From positions 23,250,001-23,314,000 of the forward strand of contig OX442314.1 of NCBI GenBank assembly GCA_949358305.1: 64,000 nucleotides of DNA. The letters run 5' to 3'. The DNA is from Strigamia acuminata. Its lineage: Eukaryota. The notes under the pieces were generated by a model. That model worked only from the letters and a program-made list of their open reading frames with translations. It did not search any database and was not told the origin of the DNA. A program made the position numbers and the translations under genes. Of this stretch, positions 12,795 to 24,710 are shown piece by piece. The stretch's first letter is position 1. Each line of letters begins with the position of its first letter.

Positions 12795-14188
12795 TTAATG
12801 CTTTAATAACGACTGAATTCTGTCAGCAGAAAATTTTCAGGGCAGAAAATTTATCTTTTCTGCTGTTGTTTCCCATCTGGCATTAAAGTGGGCAGAAAAG
12901 TATAGGTGGAAATTTGTATTAATTTTTTTCAAAAAATTGTTTACCATGTGCTACTGATCGAATGCAGGTAAAAAGTGCGCAGATTCGCGTGAAAACTATG
13001 CACTGGAAATCGGCATTGCGCAGATTTGCAAAAAAAAAAACTATGCTCGGGCAATCGGCAGAATACAGGCCGCATTCGATCAATCCGAAGCAGGTAAAAA
13101 GTGCGCAGATTTGCGTGAAAACTATGCACTAGCAATCGGCAGAATACGGGCCGCATCGAATTCCCTTGGTTGCATGGTGACTCTGTCCAGTTGTGCACAT
13201 AATTGTAATTTCAATTCTGTACTGGATCTTTGATGTAGATCTTTTAACTTTTGCCAGGCTTCTGTAACAGATTTCACATTAAGCACATGTTGCAACTGTG
13301 AATCAATTGCTGATAAAATTACATTGAGTGCCCAAAGTTTTATCTTTTTATCAACTACAGCATTATCTTTACTGGAAATTTTAACAGGTTTCTTATCTTC
13401 AATAGCAGTCTAGTAACCTTTAGACATTAATAAAGTTTTCACATGAAAAGACCAACCTGGATATTTTTTACCAGTCAACTTTATGACTGGCACTACAGAA
13501 TGCTCTGCCATTTTGTAGGTTCAATCCACATTCAGAGCAAAATTTATTCTAAGATTCCATATTAATCAGTCCAACAAATCAGGGGGGAAAGGATGGACAG
13601 ATGCTCAAAAACATGCCCAAATTGGAAGTGCTGGTCCCAAATCTAAGTCATCACCAAGTACTGAACACATTAAAATTTAATAGGCCAGCCATCAGAAATA
13701 CATAGAATCATATTGTTAACAATAAATATTATCATAGCAACACTGTAATAGTATATGATATAAACCAATAACGTAAACTCATATTAATTGTTACATTTAA
13801 AATGTATTTGTCATCGTGTAGAAGGATTAGGAGGAAAATTTTGAATATTGATTAATCCGATTTATCGTAAAATTAAGATTGATTGGTTCTTTTCTTGCTT
13901 ATACCGTACATCCACAAAATTTATTGAAAGATGTTGCAAAAAGACCGTGATAATGAAATACATGCACAAAAGAATACCGATGAAATCAACTTTTTTGAAT
14001 ACAGAAACCTCCAGACATTGCTAAAATAATGAAATATAAATTGTAAGCCATACACGCATAAAAGATCCAAATGAATGAATGCACTATTGTTTAACTCAGA
14101 TGAATATCAGTTTGCACACACTTATTATGGTATATATGCTAGGTGCATTGTATTCGAGGTGGTCTGGTACGAGTTTGAAGCTTTCAAC

Positions 14189-14745
14189 ATGGATTTGATG
14201 ATAACCCTGGTTTTATGTCTAGTTGTTTTGGCGTTATATCGTTTAAAATCTTTTATGAAAACTACGAGTTTTCTACGACCCGAGAAAAAAGTAGTTTTAG
14301 TGACAGGTTGCGATTCTGGCATCGGGCTCGGAACTGCATTACACCTTCATCAATTAGGATTTCATGTGTTTGCTGGTTGCTGCCCAATCGGGAGTGAAGG
14401 TTCGTTGAAAATGGAGAGCCTCAAATCTGAACGTTTGGTGCCTATCCAGATAGACGTTACTAACCAAAGTGAAATCGATGCAGCTGTTGAGACGATTAAA
14501 GTTTATTGTGAAAAAAACAGTTGTCGTAAGTAAAGAAAATTAAAAAATGTATAAAATTAGCGCAATTGTTGATAGTTTAATGTCATTTTTAGATTTTTGG
14601 AGTTTAGTTAACAATGCTGGAGTGTGTATACTTGGGAAAGTTGAGTGGCAAACTTGGGAACAAATTGAAAGGCAAGCGAATGTCAATTTTTTGGGAACGT
14701 TGCGGATGATCAGAGCATTTCTTCCAATGCTCAAACAAACTGCAG

Positions 14746-14781
<36 letters not shown>

Positions 14782-16100
14782 TTAAACTTTGATATAAGTA
14801 AAGCATCTATCGATCTATTTATCTGTTGAAGCTTAAAAAATTACACGTGTTGCATCCATATCCGTAGTATTATTATGAAAGGCAAAAAGAGTTTATTTTA
14901 ACCAGCAGGATTCACGATTTAATCTATGCTTTTGTACCAAATGTTTATCTATTTTGTTGTAAATCAATTTTTTGGTATTCAGATGTAGATTTATGCTATT
15001 GTTTGCAGCATTGTCTATGCACATGTTGCTGGAAATTTTTTTATCAAGATTCTACAATCTTTGATCAATACTAGAATACTGAACTTAATAGCCGATTGTT
15101 TTCGCTGTCAATTTTACCTTTGTTGTTTGAAAAGAATGAGATCCCTATTGATTTGTGATTGTTTGCTCGTTAAAATACGACGCAGATTTTATTTCTTACG
15201 TATTTTTTGCACTGATCTACAATAGAACAACCATTCAGATCCATTATTTCACTTGTCTTACGACTGTGGAGTGCAATTTTATCTAAAGATAATCGTTATA
15301 AATAAGTAAGCAGAATGGTAAACCTGGTTGAATGCCATCGGTTTGTCTTGGTGTTAAGTGAAAAATTAATACAGGACTTTGTTCAAATAGCTTAAATCAG
15401 ACATGTTGAGGTCGCTACACTTAACGCAATTATTTTTAATCGTTTAAGCCTAGTTTTAGTATCATCTTTATTCTAATGAGATTTTACTCACATTTCGTTT
15501 TAAGACAAAATACCAACATCTGAATAAAAATAACAAATTGATGTAATTTACTTTTACGCCACAGGTAGAATCGTTAATGTTACCAGTATCTCTACGCGGT
15601 GGCCATACCCGAACTTTGCTCCTTACGCTGGCTCGAAAGCTGCTTTAGAAGGGTTTTCGCAGGTGTTGCGACTGGATTTGGCGCCATCGGGCGTAAAAGT
15701 GATTGTTGTGTCTCCAGGAAATCACTGCCGAATCACAAAACTATTCGATCATCAGATGGAATACGCTCAGCAACAATGGGATTCGTTTACTCCGGAACTG
15801 CGCAAAGATCTTGACCGTAAATTTTGGAATCTTCAAACCAATCTACTTGACTTCTCTCAGATTCATTGTCCAGAGAATTTTGAAACCTCTGCAATAATAA
15901 GACATATGCAGTCAGCTGTAATGGGTGTGGATCCTAAACCATATTATCTATCCTCGACTTTAGCAATGGTGATTTTGTGTCACGTTTATGAATGGTTGCC
16001 AGCTCAAATACAGACGTATGCGATGCTTTACATGGCTTCACTCACTCAATTGGATAGTAAGGATATCCCATTTATCTTTAAACTAGACTTACCCAAGTAA
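14189..16100 (+). CDS. Membrane-anchored short-chain dehydrogenase/reductase (BDH1/RDH/17beta-HSD-like), 3 exons (14189-14525, 14593-14745, 15565-16100)
   Basis: N-terminal hydrophobic anchor, VLVTGCDSGIG cofactor motif, LVNNAG, GRIVNVTS, catalytic YAGSK and VKVIVVSPG. Splice phases are consistent. Confidence 0.92.
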
Positions 16101-16103
16101 CAA

Positions 16104-16699
16104 GATCGATTTAACATCGCATCTAGATGTTTAATATCATATCTACATAGATGCGATGTTTAACGGAGGCATATGGCTGTACACGTTTAGAGACAACTAC
16201 TTTCTTCAGTAGGAAAAAAATGTTCCTATTCATTTTTGTAGTTGAAATTTTTTGACTATTTTTATATGATAATAGACTTTAACTCAAGTGAAATTTATAG
16301 TCATTGGTTACTTATTTAATTAATTAGTCTGAATTGAAATTTTCTGCTCCTTAAAGCTCCAGCATAACTACTAAGCCGGCTTTGCTGCAAGAGTGAATAG
16401 CGATTCAGTTAACAGCTTTTGGCTTTTACCAGTATTGTTTAAAACCACCACCAGATGGTCAAACTTATTTATATTTATTGTTTTCATATTGCGTTCTCTA
16501 TAAAGTTAGTTGCGAACTAACAGCAAATTAAATTGCGCTTTACCCAATAGTCCTAAAAATGTCTCTAAACGCGTAATGCCTTATACCAAAACGGGTACAT
16601 TTTATCCTTATGCCTCCGAGAGTTAATATCGTAGCATCTTCTACATAGTAGATACTATGTTTAATATTGTATCTGCATAGATGTGATATTAAATCGATC
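16104..16699. mobile_element. Possible MITE immediately after the SDR stop codon
   Basis: Inverted ends gatcgatttaacatcgcatcta / tagatgtgatattaaatcgatc, each within a small local hairpin. Confidence 0.5.
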
Positions 16700-17619
16700 A
16701 TCCGTGCTATTGGGATAGTAATTAAACGGGTTCCATTTATTGAAACACTAGGCGCATTCAATAACTTTTCGTTTACATTTTCGTTTTAAACAAATTTTTA
16801 GATGAAAAGTTTGTTTTTGAATAAAAATGAACGATTTTTTCACTCCAAAACTTGATCTGGGATTTCAGATCAGGGTCATCTTCCCGCTGCAAGTCGCGTC
16901 GAAATTTTTCTTTCCTCGCTTTTTTCAATTGTTTCCAGTCCTAATAATTACTCAAGTGATGTTTAATATTGTTGTTTACTCAAAAAAAATTTAACAACTG
17001 CTGCAAAACTTTACTTAGATCGCTTATCGTTGCAATCGATCTAACGAAAATCCAAGATGGCAGCCAAAATGTGCGATTTGAACGAGAAAACTCATTACAA
17101 GGAGATTTAACCGACCTATTTAGGTTGTTTATTTTCAGCTTGTTTAAACCAATTAAAACGATCTTTTAAACGCAAACGTCGCTTTTCTACGTGTACGGCG
17201 ACCCCACTGACTATAAACTTCATTCTAAAATGAAGGAATATAAATCTATATCAACAGAATTTGTGAAATTTGTTGTTAATTATTTTGTTTTACTACATAG
17301 GATTTGCTTAATATTGTTTGATGAAAATATAGTTTAAAGTAAGAATTTGTGGTCAAATATTTATCCAAACTAGTGATGTAATTTTTTTGTAAATGTTTGA
17401 AGGATTTTGACTACTAAATCCAATGAAAGATTTTTACATAAAAAACCTGTGCATTTATTCAGATTCAAGTTTTTAATTAATTTCCGACAAAAAAATCCTG
17501 TTTGACAACTCCATGGATAATCGGTAATGTAATTTTACTGTATTGTGCTGTACTTTGCTACATATTAGAAAAAAATATACATTTATTTATTGTAATACAT
17601 TCAAGTGAGTTGTACAAGA

Positions 17620-19261
17620 TTACACAAAAACACAAGCTAATACAATACATAAACTAATACAATAGATGATAAAACCAAGTCTATCTAGAGCAATGGCTAC
17701 CATTTGCCAATCAGAACTTGAGTTGTTATCATTTGTCATAACTTCATCTTCGTCTTCATTTGTTAGAAGTTGGGTGTTCCCAGATGAAAACTGAAATATA
17801 AAAACAATATATGAGAAAAGGAACATACATGTTGTACATTTTTCATATTTGCAAGTTTTACCTGTTGACCAGGGACACACAAAACCTTATTTAATAGACC
17901 AAATAAAAATTTCTTAAGCCATTCAGGTGGAGATGAGATTGGAGGTCGTTTATGAATGCTCGTCGTTGCAATGGATAACAAAAAGGTCAAACCCGCGAAG
18001 AAAAATGCATTGCCACAAAAAATGACTACAGATTAAAAAAATTAAGTACCATAACAAATTTCATTACCAATTTGAATTTTACCAATGCCGGGAACGCTGC
18101 TTCCATTGCGAGGAATGCTCCAATGCAAATTGACGACCAAAAGACCAAGCGTTATTACATTTATTCCACACACAAATGGTTTATCCCCAGAAGATGGCGG
18201 AACCCAAAATGCGATTAAACTGATTAAAACTGCAACAAATGTTGGCAGCATCAGGGTTAAAAGATAAAATGGGGCTCTGCGACGTAATTGGATGAAAAAA
18301 TTTATATCAATGTACACAACTTGGTCACTAACATCTCTGAAAAGAGTTCTGTTGCCATGGGAAGATACAATTTCCCACTCATTGTGTTCTTCATACCTAG
18401 GTGAGGTAAGACTCTTGAGAATAAGAAATATTTTTCAAAAACAATTATCATTTTGGTAATTTATTTAAATGGGAAACTCACCTGGTTTTCTCTCCTTACT
18501 GATAAGTTTAGCTGGCCTGCTACGGTCCACGAAGTAAAGAAGAACCGGCACGAATGCTCATCAAATGGGTACGCGTTTAGATCCATGCTGCAGATAATTC
18601 TGAAAGTGCCAGGTGGTACCCACCAAATATTTCCCTCATTCCCAATATAAAGTGGAACTGCAGCTGTGCTATATAGTTCTGAAGCTGACGCACTAGGTGT
18701 AGTTAATGTGATGAGATTTTATCTGTATTTTATTATATTTACATTTGGTTATAAATTACCTGTTTTGCAAGTAAACATCTGGAACCCAAACTTCGTCAGG
18801 AGTAACTATGATATGCTTCAATCCACCATAGTCTTCTGGTTTCCAAGCATAATTTAAATCCTGCCAAGACTAAAGAAATTATTTAAAAATTAAAGAAAAA
18901 GACTACCGTAATAAGTTCTTGCTTATCTGCAACTTACGTGACTTAGCCAAGCATTGACAGAAAGAACTTCTGTTTTGGCATCAAAATCTAAAATGTGGTA
19001 AATGTGCAGATATAACGCGACATCTGTTGTGTCATTGACGGATTGAAATGGTCGTGTTAGTGCTTTGGTTTTTGACTTGGGCAATATATCTTCTCTTAAT
19101 TTTGTTTCATATTTCAACAGGTTCGAATCCATGGTTGTACAGACATCTACATTAAGAGATAATTGGTGGTGGTATGGTATTTTAAATAAATTACCTTGAA
19201 TTATTGAAGAAATTAGAAGAGCTGAAAATATGAACACGCATTCCATTGCTGTCGTTGTCAT
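17620..19261 (-). CDS. Divergent nAChR-like Cys-loop channel subunit D (non-alpha, 7 exons)
   Basis: Signal peptide, NAWLSH/SWQDLNYAWKPEDYGG, WVPDVYLQNS, Cys-loop CSMDLNAYPFDEHSC and FTSWTV. Loop C RTLFRDVSDQVVY has no CC. M2 GDKPFVCGINVITLGLLVVNLHWSIP. M4 DWQMVAIALDRLGF. Confidence 0.92.
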
Positions 19262-19445
19262 GAAAACACCCCAATAGACGCTAACATGTACTGTAGGATG
19301 AAATTAAGCACCTGCTCTTCTTTTTTTTTTATATATATATCCTTCAAAAACATTTTTATTAGGGTTATATTCAACAGGCAATTCAATCTTTTTTCTTTTT
19401 GTTAATATTTTAAGCAGAATTTCATTGACAGAAGAATTTAGATGA

Positions 19446-19508
19446 CTATGAATAAAACTGACCCAATAAAAAGTAATGTTGATGATGAAATATTCACAGA
19501 AAGAAATC
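19446..19508 (-). pseudogene. Relic of the gene F terminal (M4) exon upstream of gene D
   Basis: Minus strand atttctttctgtgaatatttcatcatcaacattactttttattggg aligns with gene F atatgtttttgtgcatatctcatcatatcaatagttttcattggt. Confidence 0.55.
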
Positions 19509-19753
19509 CTACTTGTGAAAAAAATTAGCAATTCTAAAAACATCCAGATCCAAATTTTTATTAATTTTTGACAAAAAAAACAAACAAACTCGAAACATAT
19601 TTGAACACACCGAAACGTCTAAATTATGGATACCGGTAATCGGTTCTGTATAACTTTGTAATATTCGGGGTTTCATTGTACTTTGACATATGGTATATTT
19701 AAAAAAAAATTCACAGATTATTATTGTAATACATTCCAATGAGTTTTATACGA

Positions 19754-21386
19754 TTACACAAAAGCACAAACTAAAACGATGCATAAACTAATACAATATA
19801 TGATGAAACCAAGTCTATCTAGAGCAATGGCAACCATTTGCCAATCAGAACTTGAGTTGTTATCATTTGTCGTAACTTCATCTTCGTCTTCATTGGTTAG
19901 AAGTTGGGTGTTCCCAGATGAAAACTGAAATATAAAAAAATATATATGAGAAGCGAAAGATATTTTTTATATTGACAAGTTTTACCTCTTGACCAGGGAC
20001 ACACAAAACCTTATTCAATAGACCAAATAAAAACTTCATGAGCCATTCAGGTGGAGATGAGATTGGAGGTCGTTTATGAATGCTCGTCGTTGCAATGGAC
20101 AACAAAAAGGTCAAACCCGCGAAGAAAAATGCATTTCCACAAAAAATGACTAGAGATTTAAAAAAAAAAAAATTAAATAACAAATTTCATTACCGACTTG
20201 AATTTTACCAATGCCGGGAACACTGCTTCCATTCCGAGGAGTAATCCAATACAAATTCACGACCAAAAGACCAAGCGTTATTATATTTATTCCACACACA
20301 AATGGTTTATGTCCAGAAGATGGCGGAACCCAAAATGCGCTTAAAGTAACTAAAACGGCAACAAGTGTTGGCAGTATCAGAGTTAATTGATAAAATGGGG
20401 CTCTGCGACGTAATTGGATGTAAAAGTTTATGTCAATGTACACAACTTGGTCACTAGCATCTCTGAAAAGAGTTCGGTTGCCATGGGAAGATACAATTTC
20501 CCACTCGTTGTGATCATCATACATAAATGAGGTAAGACTCTGAGAATGAGAAATATATTTACAAAATAATTATTATTTGATCTTTAAATGGGGAACTTAC
20601 ATAGTTTTCTATCATCAATGATAAGTTTAGCTGGGCTGCTATTATGGTCCATGAGATAAAGAGTAAATGGCACGTATGTTCATCAAATGGGTACGCTTTA
20701 AGATCCATGCTGCAGAAACTTCTGAAGGTGGCAGGTGGTACCCACCAAATATTTCCCTCGTGCGTAATAAAAAGTGGAACTGAAGCTTTGCTGTTAATTT
20801 CTGAAGCACCCGCACTAGGTGTTGTTAATGTAATGAGTTAATACTTTATTGTATTTACATCGGATTAAGGTTCAATTATCATACCCGTTGAGCAAATAAA
20901 CATCTGGCACCCAAACTTCGTCAGGCTTAGCTGAGATGTGTTTCAATCCACCATAGTCTTCTGGTTTCCATGCAAAATTTAAATCCTGCCATGCCTATTT
21001 TTAAGAATTAAAAAATATATATATTTTAATAAGTTATTGTTTGATGTGCAACTTACGTGACCTAGCCAAGCATTGATAGAAAGAATTTCTGATTTGGCAT
21101 CAAAACCTAAAATGTGGTAAACGTACAGATTTAACATGACATCAGTTGTGTCATTGATGGATTGAAATGGTCGTGTAAGTGTTTTGGTTTTTGACTTGGG
21201 CAATATGTCTTCTCTTAATTTTGCTTCATATTTCACCTGGTTCGAATCCATATTTGCACAGACATCTACAATAAAACTACCGTGATTAAATGGATTTTAT
21301 AGTGGTACCATAAATTTACCTCCAATTATTGTAGAAATCAGGAGACTTGAAAATATTAACATCCATTCCATTGCTCGTGTTGTCAT
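19754..21386 (-). CDS. Divergent nAChR-like Cys-loop channel subunit E (non-alpha, 7 exons; recent paralogue of D)
   Basis: Same exon structure as D. NAWLGH, Cys-loop CSMDLKAYPFDEHTC, FISWTI, M2 GHKPFVCGINIITLGLLVVNLYWITP. TAA at 19754-19756. Confidence 0.92.
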
Positions 21387-21567
21387 GAAAACGCCCCAAT
21401 GGAAGCTGACATACTGTTGGGTGAAATAAAGCACCTGCTATTCATTTTTTTATATCCTTAAAAAATATAGCCATCGTTGAGGCTAAGTTCAGCAGACAAT
21501 TTAATTTATTTTTGATTTTGTTAATATTTTTAGTAGAATTTTATTAAGAGAATAATAATTCAGGTGA

Positions 21568-21674
21568 CTATGCGTACAACTAACCAATTAAAAGCAATAT
21601 GAAAGATGCACAAAAACAAATTTGTTCAATTCCGTTGTAAAGACAAAGACTCTTGTGATTGATTTGCCGTCTGT
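21568..21674 (-). pseudogene. Relic of the gene F terminal (M4) exon upstream of gene E
   Basis: Minus strand atttcag|acagacggcaaatcaatcacaagagtctttg...ggaattgaacaaatttgtttttgtgcatc...attggttagttgtacgcatag aligns with the F last exon, including acceptor and stop position, with internal deletions. Confidence 0.7.
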
Positions 21675-21928
21675 CTGAAATAATAAAAAATTAGAAAACA
21701 ATAAATATTAATAAAAAAAATTCACAACTGCTTCACAAAAACTTTCCTGCGCCATACCGGGTTTCCCGAATGCTTCACTACATTGTACTGACGAGTGAGC
21801 ACAGTTATTTAAAACACCTGCTATACTATTTTTTTTATACTGTATATTATATAAAAATATTAGCAAAAAAAATATCTTCTTATAATATTTTTAAGCAGGT
21901 TTTATTGCTAAAATTACAATTTAGTTCA

Positions 21929-24214
21929 TTAAGCGTAGAACAAACCAATGAAAACTATTGATATGATGAGATATGCACAAAAACATATACGGTCAATTCC
22001 ACGAGCAATTGATGGCCACTGTGATGATAAAGGTTCTTGTGGTTGACAATTAGTATCTGTTGTCTGAAATAAGAAGTATATATAAATAAAAAAGTACTAA
22101 GATTTAGTATTTTGGTATACTTGTTCTGTCCGAACATTGGTTCCTAAAAACCGACAAAACAGCGAATTTCCAGCGCGAATGATGAAATCTGGTGGGATTG
22201 ATGTTTTTTTACTCAAATTATTAGTAATAAGAGTAATGATCATTGAAATTGTAGCGAAGACTAGCATAGATGCGCTCACACCAACTGAAAGAATAAAAGT
22301 AAATACAAATTTCCAAGCACTAGCTCTGAATTTGATTTCTGAATACGTGTACGTGTAATGTTACCAATACTATATTTCTGTTATGATAAGAATTTCGGGG
22401 GAAATTAAGTTCTTGTTTCCGAAATGTAAGGAATTTGGAATTTGGAATTTTTGATTATCGGAGACTACACTTACGTATCGCAGGAACGTGAGAAGTAGTG
22501 TTGGGTAAAATCCACAGTAGATGACATATAATTATCACGAGAAGAAGGCAAACTGTTGCAGCTAAACCTGTTTTTCCAGAGTTATTTGGAGGTAGCCAGA
22601 ATAGCGAGTTTGCCATAAACAGAATGGCAAAAAGTGGGCACAGCAATGTGTAATGATAAAAAGCAGTTTTACGAGCCAGTAGAATCTTGTATTCGAGTAC
22701 GATGAATGGTTCAGGACAGCAGGGATCCATTGAAGTCAGTATTTCTGCTGGAGTAATGTGCACATCCCATTCATTCACTTCAGCAATTTTTTCATTCATT
22801 AAATACTATAAAAATTGATTAAATTAGTAAAATTTTCATTTAAATTTATCTAGTAATTAAAATTGTTTACTTTTGTTGTACTCGTGTTGAAAGTGGTGAG
22901 TTGGAGGGCGAATCCATGATGTGTCCAAGAACCGAATTGTAAGTTACAAGTGTGCTGGTCATGAGGATAATGCCACACATCCACTTTGCAAGCTTGACGA
23001 AGAGTAACTGGAGGCTCCCACGTAACGAAACCCTTAGAAGACACACTGGCTAAGTTTGGGCCAGTGATTACTGTTTGGTCACTGTTTGTGCTAGAAAATT
23101 AATTAAATCAATTCATATTTGAGCTAAAAATGTACATGAAAAAAAAAAATTAAAATCACCTGGAGAATAGAGATATATCTGGTGTCCACAGCCATTTTGG
23201 TGAAATTGACACTTTTTTAACATTCCCGAATTCCGATTCGTTCCATTTGAGGCCTACATCGTTCCATTCCTTGAATAGAAGATTTATTTATTTTATTACG
23301 CAATGAATTTCAAAATTAAGGGCAAGGAGACATGAAAATTGCTTTTATCTTATTTGTGCGCAAATATATGTTATTTTTGGCTTCACACGTTAATAGAAAA
23401 GGACATTCCAAGCTTTTTAAAGATGAAAATGGATCTAAAAGAGAAATTTTAAAGGAAGAAAACATGACTTTGATTACAGCAAAGGTGGCGCCATCTATGT
23501 ATCCTGGTTGAAAAGAAGTAAAAATGTCTGTTTATGAATCTAGCTTGCCATATGACCCCCCATGAATATGAATGTGTTCTAATACTGAAATTAGTCATGA
23601 ATCAAGGCAAACATGCAATTCATTAAATGCAATTCAAAATGTAAATTATTATTATTATCTAAATTTTTAAAAAAAATAAAAAATAAAAAACATTTCTTTC
23701 AAGCTTATTAATTATATACCATTCGTACAACACCCTTGAAACGCAGTATCTGTTCTTTTTCGTCTAAACTAATTATATGAGTAACATCCAATGCCATTTT
23801 GACTTCAACCGGATGATTTCTTTGTGCTGCAGGAAGCGACTGAGCTGCAGCATCACTTCTCTGGAACAAAATTTCTCTCACTCGGTTTTCATGGTTTACT
23901 TGATAACAATCCGCATATTCTATAAAAAATAATTTTAAAACAAAAAATTATTCTCACTTAACAATTTGTCGTTTTATTTTATAATTTTTATAACTTTTAA
24001 AACTAATGAAATGATTAAAACTTCTATTTCTTATGCACATAATAAAGAGGATCAAATGACAATTCAAATACTCCAATTTCAATTCCAATTGGAATTGTCA
24101 TTTGATTCTTTATACTAATGATTAATGAAATGATGTTTTCTTTTTACCTGGAATCCATTTTGAGAAAAATATTAATAAAATATAATTCGAGTAAGATAAC
24201 TGTCTAAAGTTCAT
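21929..24214 (-). CDS. Divergent nAChR-like subunit F (alpha-type vicinal CC, degenerate aromatic box; 7 exons)
   Basis: MNFRQLSYSNYILLIFFSKWIP, KGVVRM/EWNDVGLKWNESEFG, WTPDISLFSS, Cys-loop CKVDVWHYPHDQHTC, FGSWTH, loop C SMDPCCPEPF. M4 QWPSIARGIDRICF with TAA at 21929-21931. Confidence 0.9.
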
Positions 24215-24710
24215 ATTTAAAATGCCGTCATGAAATCTTCTCATTCACTTCAGCTTACCATATGTCTAACAAAATCTTTTCACAATTTATTAATAGCGTT
24301 TACTCGTACCAACTCATCCGGCAATTTTCAAGATTAGTCATCCAATCAGGATCAAACCTTCATTTGCTCATCACCATGCATCAAATCATACACTGGCATT
24401 GACATTTGAAAATAGAAAAATTGTTTTTAAACGTCCAAAAAAACGCAAGAATATCTTAGTGTAATGCAGTGGTGCATGCTTTATTTGCCATTTTTTGTAT
24501 GAAAAAGAACCAACTTTGATTTCATTTGCTAAAAAAACTGCATTTTATTATCAATTTGTCTATTTGTGATTGAATTCAGTCCATTTGACGAATGTACAGT
24601 AAGTAAAGCAGGATTGGCAACAGTAATGTAATTCAGTATGCAGTACAATTTTTGCCCCGTCTTTTTATTAATATAAAATTACTTAAAATTGCGCGACGCA
24701 ATAAGAATAA

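Larger units (their letters stand above)
9336..13816 (-). mobile_element. Decayed Ty1/Copia LTR retrotransposon with nested insertions
   Basis: Direct repeats of ~175 bp (9336-9512 and ~13644-13816) flanked by the 5-bp TSD TGTAG (9331-9335, 13817-13821). Purine tract aaaatagggcgag precedes the 3' LTR on the minus strand. Gag relic from 13511 (MAEHSVVPVIKLTGKKYPGWSF..GY*..AWQKLK). Integrase N-terminus (WHKRFAHLNF..CEHC..LHMDLCGP, ~9770-9980). RNase H tail (IYSDNQAAI..HGRTK, ORF 9521..9739). Confidence 0.9.
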
